Positions 9,124-18,465 of a stretch of DNA of 34,482 nucleotides are shown here, piece by piece; the first letter of the stretch is position 1; each line of letters begins with the position of its first letter. Where the stretch lies: the sequence record DRR723986_5559; one strand, written 5' to 3'. Both the position numbers and the translations under genes were made by a program. The notes under the pieces were generated by a model that worked only from the letters and a program-made list of their open reading frames with translations, made no database searches and had not been told where the DNA came from.

Positions 9124-9161
9124 TTTTGGTCCTCAGTTCGGTCGGATTTTGGTCCACAGTT
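9124..9161. repeat. Direct repeats, candidate integrase arm-type sites
   Basis: TTTTGGTCCTCAGTT (9124-9138) and TTTTGGTCCACAGTT (9147-9161): 14/15 identical, 23-bp period, 60 bp inside the att core. Confidence 0.6.
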
Positions 9162-9173
9162 TTGCGGACCTCA

Positions 9174-9205
9174 CTAGTTCGACGCGCGGTTAGGCGTCGA
9201 ACTAG
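9174..9205. repeat. Perfect 12-bp inverted repeat
   Basis: CTAGTTCGACGC-gcggttag-GCGTCGAACTAG; no U-tract. Confidence 0.8.
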
Positions 9206-9554
9206 CTGATAGCATAGAATTCCAAGATTAGGAGCCCAAACGAAAAGCCTTGCCTATTTCATAGTCTCAGATCAACCAGTTCTGTGTTTAGGTGGTGTCT
9301 CAGTTTGAATCTTCCGCTGCAGCTTGCGGCCGGAAAAGGCCTCAGGATTGCCGTTCGCAATGGGACCGGTGTGAGGCGGATATTCGCCGGAAGGTGCCGG
9401 TCACAACTGATTGCCGATTCCGGTCGTTCGATGTTCTGCGGTATCATTGTAAATCGGCGTCAAATTGGGACCCCTGCACCTCTAGCAAAATCAACTGGAT
9501 ATTGCGGCGATCGGCGTCGGTTCACCGCGCTGATTTACATGCATTCATACAGTG

Positions 9555-9732
9555 TGACCTGATATCCATTTGGTCCCGCATTTGAATGGAGAGCCTGTCG
9601 CAACGGAGACAGACAATGCGCAAAAGCAAATTCACCAGGGAACAGATCATCGCGACCCTGGCTGAAGAGGAAAGAGGCATGGCAGCCGCAGACGCGTGCC
9701 AGCGTCATGGTGTCAGCTCGGCTAACTTCTAT
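9555..9732 (+). mobile_element. IS3-family (IS407 group) remnant: left IR and first ~39 codons of orfA
   Basis: TGACCTG… end, GGAG RBS, ATG 9616: MRKSKFTREQIIATLAEEERGMAAADACQRHGVSSANFY. Similarity stops where KWK is expected. Confidence 0.8.
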
Positions 9733-9799
9733 ATCTATGGACGGCTCTCCCGGTGCAAGCGATTTGAGTCCTGATCGAACGGGTGTTCGATGCCAACAT

Positions 9800-10152
9800 C
9801 TACTGGCAACGCCCCGCAACGTGACAGCATCGCCTGGTGCCCAGACACATGCCCTTGCGGTTCTCCACCATCCGGACATGCTTGCGCCGGGCGGCATGGC
9901 GAAGGGCCTGGACGACCTTGAAGACGACCGAATTGCGCAGCGTGGCATCCGTCGCGTCAAGTCGGCGCTCGATCATCACCCGCTCAGCGAGATCCCGGGT
10001 TGTGAGTTCGCCATCGACCTCAAGATGGCGCACACAGATATCGGTGAACAGCCGGATCGACGCATTTATATGAGCCAGGTCTTGCTTCGCCTGCGCGATC
10101 TGAGCCTGGTACGCCGTGATCCGCCCGTGGATCTCGGCGCGCTTGTCCTTCA
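9800..10152 (-). pseudogene. Remnant of a conserved alphaproteobacterial hypothetical gene
   Basis: KDKRAEIHGRITAYQAQIAQAKQDLAHINASIRLF…ELTTRDLAERVM…VVQALR. The 5' end is replaced by the hydrolase 3' end, and there is an apparent frameshift at ATGTGTCTGG (~9845). Family recognition is from memory. Confidence 0.5.
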
Positions 10153-11142
10153 CGCACACCTTGGGTGTGCCTGCGCCTCCCAAAGGGAGAGAATGCTTCT
10201 GAGCGCAGTTAAAAAAGCTAATGGCTGATCGAGCATCAAATGGTGGCGCGCCTCAGGTACGGCGATTATCGGAATGTCACCGCCCCCTAGCTCGCGGATG
10301 TAGTCAGCCGAGTCCCTGGTGAAGAGCTGACTCTTTCCGCCATGAACGATGATCTTGCGGCCCGGCGCATTCACGAGTCGATGGCCGATTGTGAGCCATT
10401 CGTCGGACTTATTGCTTCGTCGGAATACCTCGGGTGAGAACTTCCATGTCCAACCGTCTCCGTCGCGTCGCATTGAATGATACGCCATGTAATCTAGGAG
10501 GAACGGCTCGCCGACTTGCTGGGGCGGGGAAAGGACGTATCTTTTGCGCGCCTCTTCATAGCTCGCATAGAGCCGGTTGGGCTTGTCAGGATCACCTGAT
10601 CCCGGGCTGGAGCGGCGATGGTTCCAGTATTGCTCTAGGAGCTCGGCTCGCATGACCATCAGATCGCAAATCACGACGCCGGAGAAAGCATCGGGCGACA
10701 GGGTCACGGCTGTCAGCGCTGCGCCCGCGCCGAAACTGTGCGCGATGATGGTGGGTTTGTGGCCATCTGTAAACAGATCGAGTGCCTCGGCAATCTCACC
10801 AAACTCGCCCCCCCTTGCCGCGGGATCGGCTTGCCCGCGCATCTCCGTGTCGCCCATGCCGGCGAGATCGAACGCCACCACGTCGTAATCTTCTGCGAGA
10901 AACGGAGCGATGAAGGCAAAGCAACGGGCGTGGGAGAGAAAGCCATGTGTCATAAGCACTTTCGGCTTTTTCCGGTCGCCCCAGCGGAAGTAGTGCGTCC
11001 TGGCACCGTCGATCTCAACATAACCTTCTTCGCGCGGCACCTTGAGGGCCGACACAAACCATTCCGGCAGATGCGAACCATCGCCGGCCCAGACAGGGTC
11101 GATGTCGTCGGGAAAATCTCCAATCTTGGACAATACGTTCAT
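10150..11142 (-). CDS. Alpha/beta-fold hydrolase (esterase/lactonase-like)
   Basis: HGF oxyanion motif, FDLAGMG, AHSFG nucleophile elbow, ARHHLMLDQP catalytic His region. Confidence 0.88.
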   Translation of the reverse strand: MNVLSKIGDFPDDIDPVWAGDGSHLPEWFVSALKVPREEGYVEIDGARTHYFRWGDRKKPKVLMTHGFLSHARCFAFIAPFLAEDYDVVAFDLAGMGDTEMRGQADPAARGGEFGEIAEALDLFTDGHKPTIIAHSFGAGAALTAVTLSPDAFSGVVICDLMVMRAELLEQYWNHRRSSPGSGDPDKPNRLYASYEEARKRYVLSPPQQVGEPFLLDYMAYHSMRRDGDGWTWKFSPEVFRRSNKSDEWLTIGHRLVNAPGRKIIVHGGKSQLFTRDSADYIRELGGGDIPIIAVPEARHHLMLDQPLAFLTALRSILSLWEAQAHPRCA

Positions 11143-12776
11143 TTCGTTAAGTGTTCCTTGCTAGTGGGTTTGTCGATCACGAAGCCGCGATACCCCTCGT
11201 TCGCTACATCTTCGCAGAGTGCGACATAGCCAGACACGCTTGGAAAATTGATCAGTTGACGCGTCTTGCCCGGGATGTTTGCGCCCATGTACCAAGAATC
11301 CGCTTCGGGAAAGAGCGTCATCGCGCCTGCTTGGGCAACCATTTCGGTCCAGCCCGTTTCAGCTGCCGGATCGGCTTCGAAAAGATCGACACCATTTTCC
11401 CGCATCCAGACCAGAAAGTCGCAGATCCAGTCACCCTGTATCTCTGCGCTGGTCGGGCCGTTTGAGAAACCCGACGGGCTGAGTGGCCCGTATGTGAACA
11501 GCATATTGGGAAAGCCAGACACCGCCATTCCCAGATAGGCGCGTACTCTGTCTTCCCACGCATGGGACAGTGATAGGCTGTTCGTCCCCCTGATGTTCAT
11601 ATCGATCAGCCCGCCGCGCCCGGCATCGAAGCCGGTGGCGAAAACGATGAGGTCGCATTCCATCTCGCCGTCTTTGGTCGTAATAGCGTGCGGTCCGATC
11701 CGGATGATCGGAGTTGCCTTGAGATCGACCAGCGCGACATTGTCTTGCGCGAAAATTTCGTAATATCCCTGTTCAAGCGAAGGCCGCTTCGTGCCGAATG
11801 GATGCGGCGGTTCGGATGGGGCGAGTTTCTCGGCCAGATTGGGATCGGCGATCCTTGCGCGAACCTTGCCGCGCCAGAAATCATAGGCGTGGCGGTTGGC
11901 TTCGCGGTTGGTAAGCAAGTCAGCGAAGTTGTGATACCAGAACCTGAGGCCGCCCTGTTGCCACAGATCTTCAAAGTGCGCGGTGCGCGCTTTCTCGTCA
12001 ACTTCGAGCGCCGATACGTCTAGCGATTGGCATTCGAACCCTCCGCTCGTCTGCTTGCGCGTTTCGAAGATCGCGGCATAGCCCTTCTTGTCCCGTTCCT
12101 GGTCTTCTGCCGAAAGCTTCTTCTGCTGCATAGGCAGCGCCAGGATGGGAGTTCTTTGAAAGAGGGTCAGCTTCGATACGGATTTGGCCGCTTCTTGCGC
12201 GACCTGCACACCACTTGCACCGGTGCCGATCAAGGCAACCTTACGTCCGCTGAGATCGACACCCTGCTGCGGCCAGCGCGCCGTGTGAAACCATTGGCCT
12301 TCGAAATCCTCAAGGCCGGGAAAATTGGGGACATACGGCTTTGATGCGAAACCAAGAGCGGGCAACAGGAACCGTGTCGAAACAGTTTTGTCGCTGTCGA
12401 GTTGCAGACGCCATTGCTTCGTCTCCTTCTCATAGTGCGCGCCTTTGACCCCAGACCCCATGCGCATCATGGGCCAAAGGTCGAGCGTATCGCAAACATG
12501 CCGGAAATACGCTCTGAGCTCTTCCCAACCGGGAAATCGCTCGCTCCAGGCCCATGACTTCCACACTTCAGGTATAGAGTACTCGTAAAGCGGAACCTGT
12601 GAATCCACTCGTGCACCTGGATAGCAATTCCAGTACCAGATGCCGCCGGGCTGGGCCGCAGCATCCACCAGCAACACGTTGAACCCGGCGTCACGCAACT
12701 TGTGGAGCAGGTATATCCCGCTGAAGCCGGCACCGACGATTACAACGTCGTAATCGGGAGACCCCCGATGGCTCAC
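11139..12776 (-). CDS. Type I Baeyer-Villiger monooxygenase
   Basis: GAGFSG, GGIWYWNCYPGARVD, BVMO fingerprint FEGQWFHTARWP, GTGASG, SWYMGANIPGK. True start is probably GTG 12776 (GTGA overlap with the upstream stop). Confidence 0.93.
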   Translation of the reverse strand: MSHRGSPDYDVVIVGAGFSGIYLLHKLRDAGFNVLLVDAAAQPGGIWYWNCYPGARVDSQVPLYEYSIPEVWKSWAWSERFPGWEELRAYFRHVCDTLDLWPMMRMGSGVKGAHYEKETKQWRLQLDSDKTVSTRFLLPALGFASKPYVPNFPGLEDFEGQWFHTARWPQQGVDLSGRKVALIGTGASGVQVAQEAAKSVSKLTLFQRTPILALPMQQKKLSAEDQERDKKGYAAIFETRKQTSGGFECQSLDVSALEVDEKARTAHFEDLWQQGGLRFWYHNFADLLTNREANRHAYDFWRGKVRARIADPNLAEKLAPSEPPHPFGTKRPSLEQGYYEIFAQDNVALVDLKATPIIRIGPHAITTKDGEMECDLIVFATGFDAGRGGLIDMNIRGTNSLSLSHAWEDRVRAYLGMAVSGFPNMLFTYGPLSPSGFSNGPTSAEIQGDWICDFLVWMRENGVDLFEADPAAETGWTEMVAQAGAMTLFPEADSWYMGANIPGKTRQLINFPSVSGYVALCEDVANEGYRGFVIDKPTSKEHLTK

Positions 12777-14386
12777 GATGCGACCGTCAAACGTTCGGCG
12801 ATTGCTTTCGCCGTTGCATAGTCGGCCTTGCCGTTGGATGCACGCAGGGGTTTTTCCGTCGGATGTATGGCCTTGGGCGTTTTGTATCCCGCCAGCTGAT
12901 CGCGCACATGGTCCTTGACAGCTTGCTCGTCGAACGGGACGCCGTGGTTGAGGTGGACGACGGCCGTGACGGCCTGGCCCCATTTTTCATCCGTTACACC
13001 TACGACCAGCGCGTCACCGATGGCAGGATGGGTCTTGAGCACTTCCTCGACTTCTTCTGGGTATACCTTCTCGCCAGCAGTGTTGATGCATACGCTGCCG
13101 CGGCCTAGCAGGGTAAGGCTTCCATCGGCCTCTACCCGGCACCAGTCACCCGGAATCGAATAACGCACGCCATCGATTGTGCGGAATGTCTTGGCGGATT
13201 TTTCGGGATCTTTGTAATATCCCATGGGGATGGCCCCCTTGCGGGCGATAAAGCCAGGCACGCCGCTTCCTGGTTCGACTTTCTGATCGTTTTCGTCGAA
13301 GACATCGCAGAATTCGCCAATCCCGAATTTCGCGGTGTTCGTACCGCCCTGTGCAGTCGTGACGGAGAGGCCGAAGCCGAGCCCTTCGGAGGCGCCGAAA
13401 CTATCCATCAGCACGACCTGGGGAATGTGCTTGCATAGACCGGCCTTAATCTCCTTGCTCCACATCACGCCGGACGAGATGATGGAGACGAGGCTCCTGG
13501 TATCCCAGCGGCCCGCGTTTTCTTCGAGCGCGCGAAGCATTGGCTTAGCAAAGGCGTCGCCCACAATTGCGATGCTTTCCACCTGGTGCTTTTCGACCGT
13601 TTCCCACAATTCTGACGCTTCGAAGGAAGGGGCCGTCAGCGTGATGATCGCGCCGCCCGACATTAGCGCACCTATCGCGGTGATGAAGCCCGTCCCGTGC
13701 ATGAGCGGGCAGGCGGAGAGAGTGCGCCTGCCGGGCCCCTCTTTCTCGATCAGCGCAACATTTTCTTCCAGCGTCCGCGGAACCGGGCCCAATAACTTCT
13801 GGGCGTCCAGCTGGGCCTTGCGCATGTCGTCGTGCCGCCACATCACGCCTTTCGGCATCCCGGTCGTGCCGCCGGTATAGATGAAGAGCAAATCGTCGGG
13901 TGAGCGTTCGATGCCGAGCGCCGATCCGTCCCCTTTTCCCGCCAGCGTCTCATAGGGACTCGCAAAAGACGCGATTTCGGAAGGGTCGCCAATTTCGACG
14001 AAAGTGTGAACCTTCTCGAGCCTATCCTTGAGTTCGACGATGCATTCGCGAAACTCCGAACTGTAAACAATCACTTCGCTGTCAGAATCTTGGAAAATGT
14101 AGAAAACTTCTTCGGCGCGATAGCGGTAATTGATGTTCACATGGGTCAAGCGCCCCTTAAAACAAGCCGCCATCAGCTCGCCATATTCGGGGCGGTTGCG
14201 CATGTAGAAGGCCACCTTGGCACCATCGCACGCTCCGCGTTGACGCAACGCGCGCGCGATATTATTCGAGCGCGCGGACATTTCGGGCCAAGTGACGATC
14301 CGGTCGCCGTGTATCAGCGCCGGAGCGTCCTGAGGCATGGCGGGCTCGACTGCATCGAGAATGTCACCGAGGTTCCAGTCGATCAT
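12773..14386 (-). CDS. Acyl-CoA synthetase (FadD19-like)
   Basis: YTGGTTGMPKG AMP-binding motif, PLMHGTG, GYYKDPEK, GEKVYPEEVE, LAGYKTPK. Confidence 0.92.
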   Translation of the reverse strand: MIDWNLGDILDAVEPAMPQDAPALIHGDRIVTWPEMSARSNNIARALRQRGACDGAKVAFYMRNRPEYGELMAACFKGRLTHVNINYRYRAEEVFYIFQDSDSEVIVYSSEFRECIVELKDRLEKVHTFVEIGDPSEIASFASPYETLAGKGDGSALGIERSPDDLLFIYTGGTTGMPKGVMWRHDDMRKAQLDAQKLLGPVPRTLEENVALIEKEGPGRRTLSACPLMHGTGFITAIGALMSGGAIITLTAPSFEASELWETVEKHQVESIAIVGDAFAKPMLRALEENAGRWDTRSLVSIISSGVMWSKEIKAGLCKHIPQVVLMDSFGASEGLGFGLSVTTAQGGTNTAKFGIGEFCDVFDENDQKVEPGSGVPGFIARKGAIPMGYYKDPEKSAKTFRTIDGVRYSIPGDWCRVEADGSLTLLGRGSVCINTAGEKVYPEEVEEVLKTHPAIGDALVVGVTDEKWGQAVTAVVHLNHGVPFDEQAVKDHVRDQLAGYKTPKAIHPTEKPLRASNGKADYATAKAIAERLTVAS

Positions 14387-14443
14387 TTTCCCTCTCCCTG
14401 CCGGACGGGGCAGCCAGTCTCGGACGCCCCCTCAACGAGTGTG

Positions 14444-15535
14444 TTACGCGGCCTTGATCCAGCCTTGCAGTGCTGCCGCCTCGGCCCGCACCGTTTCGGG
14501 TCCGCCAAGCACCTGCCGGTCGAATTCAATGCGTTTGAACCAGTAGTGCAGACCGATCAGGTCCGTGAATCCCATCCCGCCATGCACTTCGGTGGAAGTG
14601 CGGGCGACAAAGCGATGGACTTCGCCGGTGTGTGATTTCGCGTGGCAGGCGACGAGCGATGCCTCTGTCGGAACTGCGTCAAAGGCGTGGGCGGCGTACC
14701 AGACGAGCGAACGGCATGGTTCATGCCGCGCGGCCATCTCGGCGCACATGTGCTTTACGGCCTGGAAACTGCCGATAAGGCGACCAAACTGTTCGCGCTG
14801 GCCAGCATAATCGACAGCCTTTTCGATCATGGCCTGACCTGCGCCAAGACTGTCGGCGGCGAGGATCACACGCCCCGCAGCGCGCAGCCGGGCCACTGTA
14901 GCTCCCCCATCATCAGCCAGTGGTTCCGCTTCGGCCCCGTCAAACCGCAATTCCCCGACGCTGCGGGTCCGATCGATGGTCGTCAGCGCGATAGCCTTCA
15001 GGCCCGACGCCTTGGCACCGACAAGGTGCAGCCTGCCGCCGGAATCGGCGACGATGAAGGCATCGGCCCCTTCGAAATCGAGTGCGAACAGGGCGGTGCC
15101 GTTGAGCTTCCCGGCAGCAGAGGAAACCCCCGCGCCGTCGCGTACCTCGATTGTCTCGGAAATCGCGACACCGATACGCGCCTCGCCGCTCGCGATCTTT
15201 GGCAGCCAGTGGGCCTTTTGCTCCTCGCTGCCTGCCTCGCTCAGCGCGATAGGCGTCAGAACATGACTGGCGAGAAAAGGTACTGGCGCGACCGCATAGG
15301 CGAGCTGTTCCGCAACTATGGCAGCGTCGAGAAGGGTCATGCCGAGGCCGCCATGCTCTTCCGGTACCAGCATCCCGGGAATTCCCAGGTCCTGGACGGC
15401 GCGGAGCACTTTGTCGCTAAGCGGATTGTCACGCTCGGCACATTCGCGGACATGATCGAGCGGGCAGGTATCCGCAAGACACCGCGCAACGGCATCGCGC
15501 AGCATCCGCTGGTCCTGAGAAAGTCCGAAATCCAT
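14444..15535 (-). CDS. Acyl-CoA dehydrogenase, short (beta-type) subunit
   Basis: 363 aa; REQFGRLIGSFQAVKH, EVHGGMGF; adjacent to a longer ACAD. Confidence 0.9.
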   Translation of the reverse strand: MDFGLSQDQRMLRDAVARCLADTCPLDHVRECAERDNPLSDKVLRAVQDLGIPGMLVPEEHGGLGMTLLDAAIVAEQLAYAVAPVPFLASHVLTPIALSEAGSEEQKAHWLPKIASGEARIGVAISETIEVRDGAGVSSAAGKLNGTALFALDFEGADAFIVADSGGRLHLVGAKASGLKAIALTTIDRTRSVGELRFDGAEAEPLADDGGATVARLRAAGRVILAADSLGAGQAMIEKAVDYAGQREQFGRLIGSFQAVKHMCAEMAARHEPCRSLVWYAAHAFDAVPTEASLVACHAKSHTGEVHRFVARTSTEVHGGMGFTDLIGLHYWFKRIEFDRQVLGGPETVRAEAAALQGWIKAA

Positions 15536-16785
15536 TAGGCTGATCCCTGTTTGTGACGCGGCATGTCTGCGGTTGCTTTCGCCGCATCCGAAATCTTCGC
15601 CAGCTTCGGTTCGCGCGGCATTTCGAGGCCACGTTCAGCGATGATGTTCTTCTGGATCTGCGCGGTGCCGCCGCCAATGATGAGACCGAGCTGGAACATA
15701 TAGTTCCATTGCCACGCCCCCCCTTCCCGCTCACGCGGGCTGTGGTGATAGAGAATGCCCAGTTCGCCCATGGCGTCGATTGCCAGCGCGGATATCTGAT
15801 GAGCGAGTTCGCAGCTTTGCAACTTGACGATCAGTTTCGCCATGCCGCCCGGCTCACCCCTAAGGCTGTTCGAAAGGATCCGCATCCCATTGCATTTCAT
15901 CGCTGCCACTTCGGCCTGCAGTGCCACCAGCCGGTCGCGCAGTACCGGGTTGTCGATCGCGCGACCCTGGCCCAAACGCTCTTCCTGCATCAGCGCGATC
16001 AGTGCCTGCAGCCGGTTTTCAAGCGCGTCGGGATCGCCCAGCATTCCGCGCTCATGGCCAAGAGTTGCGTTCGCCACGAACCAGCCCTGGCCCCGCTGGC
16101 CGACGATCTGATGCATGGGGACCCGGACATCGGTAAAGAACACTTCGTTGAATTCGGCATGACCGGTCATCGTCTTCAAGGGGCGAACCTCGATGCCCGG
16201 CGTGTCCATCGAAAAGATCAGGTAGGAAATGCCGCCATGCTTGGGCGCGTCAGGTTCGGTCCTGACCAAGCAGAAGATCATGTCGGCCTGCTTGGCGGTG
16301 CTGGTCCAAATCTTCTGGCCATTGACAACAAATTCGTCGTTCTCGATGTGCGCGCTGGTCTTGAGATTGGCGAGGTCCGACCCGGCACCGGGTTCGGAAT
16401 AGCCCTGGCACCAGACAACATCGCCTTTCAACGTGGGTTCGATCCAGCGCCGTTTCTGTTCCTCGGTGCCGAGTTCGAGCAGAGTCGGCACGAACATCGA
16501 GATTCCCTGATTGGAAAGTCCGCCCGGCACCCTGGCCCGCGCAAATTCCTCTGCGATGATGCGCGATTGGAGAATGTCCGGCTCCGCTCCATAGCCGCCA
16601 TACGCCTGCGGGATCGTTCGAGCGGTATACCCATGCTCGATCAACAGCTTCTGCCATTCGACCGCCTTGGACGAAGGTCGGGCCGCCCGGTCAGAAGAAG
16701 GCGGAGCAAGATGGCTGTGCGCTTCGATAAAGGCCCGCACCTGCTTGCGGAAGACATCGTATTCGGGTCCATATTCGAGATCCAT
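15535..16785 (-). CDS. Acyl-CoA dehydrogenase, catalytic (alpha-type) subunit
   Basis: WCQGYSEPGAGSDLA, NGQKIWTS, FNEVFFTDV, LGHER, GGGTAQIQKNIIAER. Start at ATG 16785. Confidence 0.92.
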   Translation of the reverse strand: MDLEYGPEYDVFRKQVRAFIEAHSHLAPPSSDRAARPSSKAVEWQKLLIEHGYTARTIPQAYGGYGAEPDILQSRIIAEEFARARVPGGLSNQGISMFVPTLLELGTEEQKRRWIEPTLKGDVVWCQGYSEPGAGSDLANLKTSAHIENDEFVVNGQKIWTSTAKQADMIFCLVRTEPDAPKHGGISYLIFSMDTPGIEVRPLKTMTGHAEFNEVFFTDVRVPMHQIVGQRGQGWFVANATLGHERGMLGDPDALENRLQALIALMQEERLGQGRAIDNPVLRDRLVALQAEVAAMKCNGMRILSNSLRGEPGGMAKLIVKLQSCELAHQISALAIDAMGELGILYHHSPREREGGAWQWNYMFQLGLIIGGGTAQIQKNIIAERGLEMPREPKLAKISDAAKATADMPRHKQGSA

Positions 16786-16792
16786 GGCGCTT

Positions 16793-17254
16793 CTAACTTT
16801 CACTCAGGCGGAAAACAGGAAGGCGGAAGTCCTCACCGATCAGTTCGAACTCCACGACCACCGGAAGGTCGAGCGCAAGACGCTCGTGATCGCAACCAAC
16901 CAGCCGCGTGGCCATGCGCACCCCCTCTTCCAATTCAACCACCGCAGCCACGAAGGGGATGTCGGCGGCAAAAGCCGGGTGGAGGGCCTGGTGGGTTACG
17001 GTCCAGGAAAACAACGTGCCCCTGCCGCTGCTGCGTTCCCAGGAAAATTCCGGCGAGCCGCACTTTGCGCACATATAGCGCGGCAAGTGGCGGAAGCTGC
17101 CGCAATCGCCGCAGCGCTGGAAATAGAGATGGCCGTCCTGGCACCTCTTCCAGAATTCCTGCTCAACCGGGTCTTGTGGGCGCGGTCGCGGCTTGGGTGG
17201 CACCATCTGCGCGGAAGGCCGCATTTTGGGGGGCAGATCGCTTTCGCTGCTCAT
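16793..17254 (-). CDS. DUF35 Zn-ribbon/OB-fold protein (ChsH2 C-terminal-like)
   Basis: FW…QRCGDCG…[10 protein letters not shown]…GRGTLFSWT…VELEEG. ATG 17254 overlaps the thiolase-fold gene stop (ATGA). Confidence 0.9.
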   Translation of the reverse strand: MSSESDLPPKMRPSAQMVPPKPRPRPQDPVEQEFWKRCQDGHLYFQRCGDCGSFRHLPRYMCAKCGSPEFSWERSSGRGTLFSWTVTHQALHPAFAADIPFVAAVVELEEGVRMATRLVGCDHERLALDLPVVVEFELIGEDFRLPVFRLSES

Positions 17255-18441
17255 GCAAACCTCCTGAGAATGGCGATGCTGCCGTCGCCGAGGTCGCCCC
17301 AACCGGTCACGAGGCCGGTCTGGGCTCCCGGCACCTGGCGCTCGCCGCAGTCGTGACGAAGCTGACGCACTGCCTCGACCACGTGGTTGAGGCCCCAGAC
17401 ATGCGCCTCACTGAGCAAGCCGCCATGGGTGTTGATCGGAAAGCGGCCACCCAGCTCAATCTGGCCGTTGGCGACGAATTCGGCCTGTCCGCCTGGTTCG
17501 CAATACCCCATCGCTTCCAGTTGCAGCAAGACGACATAGGTAAAGCAATCGTAGATCTGCAGGAAATCCATGTCCTCGCGCTTGACGCCAGCCATATCGA
17601 AAGCGCGCGGGGCGGCATAGCTAAGGCCGATCTTGAAGGGATCGGGCCGTGACGGGATGTCGTCGGCAGGATAGGGGTGGCCTTCCGCGGCACCGGCGAT
17701 GCTGACAGGCACATGGGGCATATCCCTGGCCCGATCCATTCGCGATATGACAACCGCGCAGGCCCCATCGGTTTCAAGGCAGCAATCGTAAAGGCGGAAG
17801 GGCTCGGATATCCAGCGCGCTGAATGATAGGCTTCCGCGTCGAGTGCGCGCCCATAGGTAAAGGCGCGCGGATTCAACTGCGCGTGACGACGGCAGGCCA
17901 GCGCGACGGCCGCCATCGCATCCGCGCCCACACCGTAAAGCTTCGAGTGGCGGGTCGCCAGCCAAGCATACATCTGCACCGGCAGGAACACACCATAGGG
18001 GATGTAATAGCCCTGGATGGTATTGGTCAGCGTGTTCATGTTCATCGCCCGAGTGGGCGGGGCACCCGGCTTGGACCTGAGGGCGGAGTAGCCGTTCCAA
18101 CCGAGCGTGACCAGCACGTGATCGCAAAGCCCGCTGGCAATCGCCATCGCAGCGTTCTGCAGCGCCGTCGTCGGGCTGGCGCCACCCATGTGAACGGTGG
18201 CCGCATAACGCAGCACATCAATGCCGAGATTGGCGGCCATTTCCTCCGAGGTCGTATAAATCGGCGGCGGCACCATGCCGTCGATATCGGAAGGTTTCAG
18301 GCCGGCATCCGCGATGGCGCGGCGCGAGGCTTCCAGCATCATGTCCACTGCAGTCCGTTCCGTGCCCTTCACGAATACGGTTTCGCCCACACCGGTTATG
18401 GCGGCCTTGTCGGCAAAGGCAAAGGTCTGTGAAGCGTTCAT
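17251..18441 (-). CDS. Thiolase-fold SCP-x/Ltp2-like protein (probable retro-aldolase)
   Basis: [13 protein letters not shown] in place of the thiolase nucleophilic Cys, [34 protein letters not shown]. Confidence 0.85.
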   Translation of the reverse strand: MNASQTFAFADKAAITGVGETVFVKGTERTAVDMMLEASRRAIADAGLKPSDIDGMVPPPIYTTSEEMAANLGIDVLRYAATVHMGGASPTTALQNAAMAIASGLCDHVLVTLGWNGYSALRSKPGAPPTRAMNMNTLTNTIQGYYIPYGVFLPVQMYAWLATRHSKLYGVGADAMAAVALACRRHAQLNPRAFTYGRALDAEAYHSARWISEPFRLYDCCLETDGACAVVISRMDRARDMPHVPVSIAGAAEGHPYPADDIPSRPDPFKIGLSYAAPRAFDMAGVKREDMDFLQIYDCFTYVVLLQLEAMGYCEPGGQAEFVANGQIELGGRFPINTHGGLLSEAHVWGLNHVVEAVRQLRHDCGERQVPGAQTGLVTGWGDLGDGSIAILRRFA

Positions 18442-18465
18442 ACCGCGTCCCCGTCTTGCCGGAAT

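Noticed and set aside
9040-9130. Complete tRNA gene
   Set aside because: Only the last 14 nt match; no T-loop, anticodon arm or D-arm is present.
9124-9205. CRISPR array
   Set aside because: Only two 15-bp repeats with an 8-bp gap; no spacers of suitable length and no cas genes.
9259-9585. Short ORFs in the low-GC stretch after the att site
   Set aside because: No RBS, codon bias or motif; probably non-coding or eroded DNA.
12777-12983. N-terminal extensions given by the ORF track for BVMO (also TolC, DUF35, CopG, Nudix, MFP)
   Set aside because: The extensions overlap upstream genes or lack an RBS; downstream starts with stop/start overlaps or RBS fit the families better.
15553-17652. 699-aa plus-strand ORF and other long antisense ORFs (e.g. 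7147-8346, 18943-20121, 2702-3727)
   Set aside because: They lie opposite well-supported genes and have no motifs. They are the expected shadow ORFs of high-GC codon bias.
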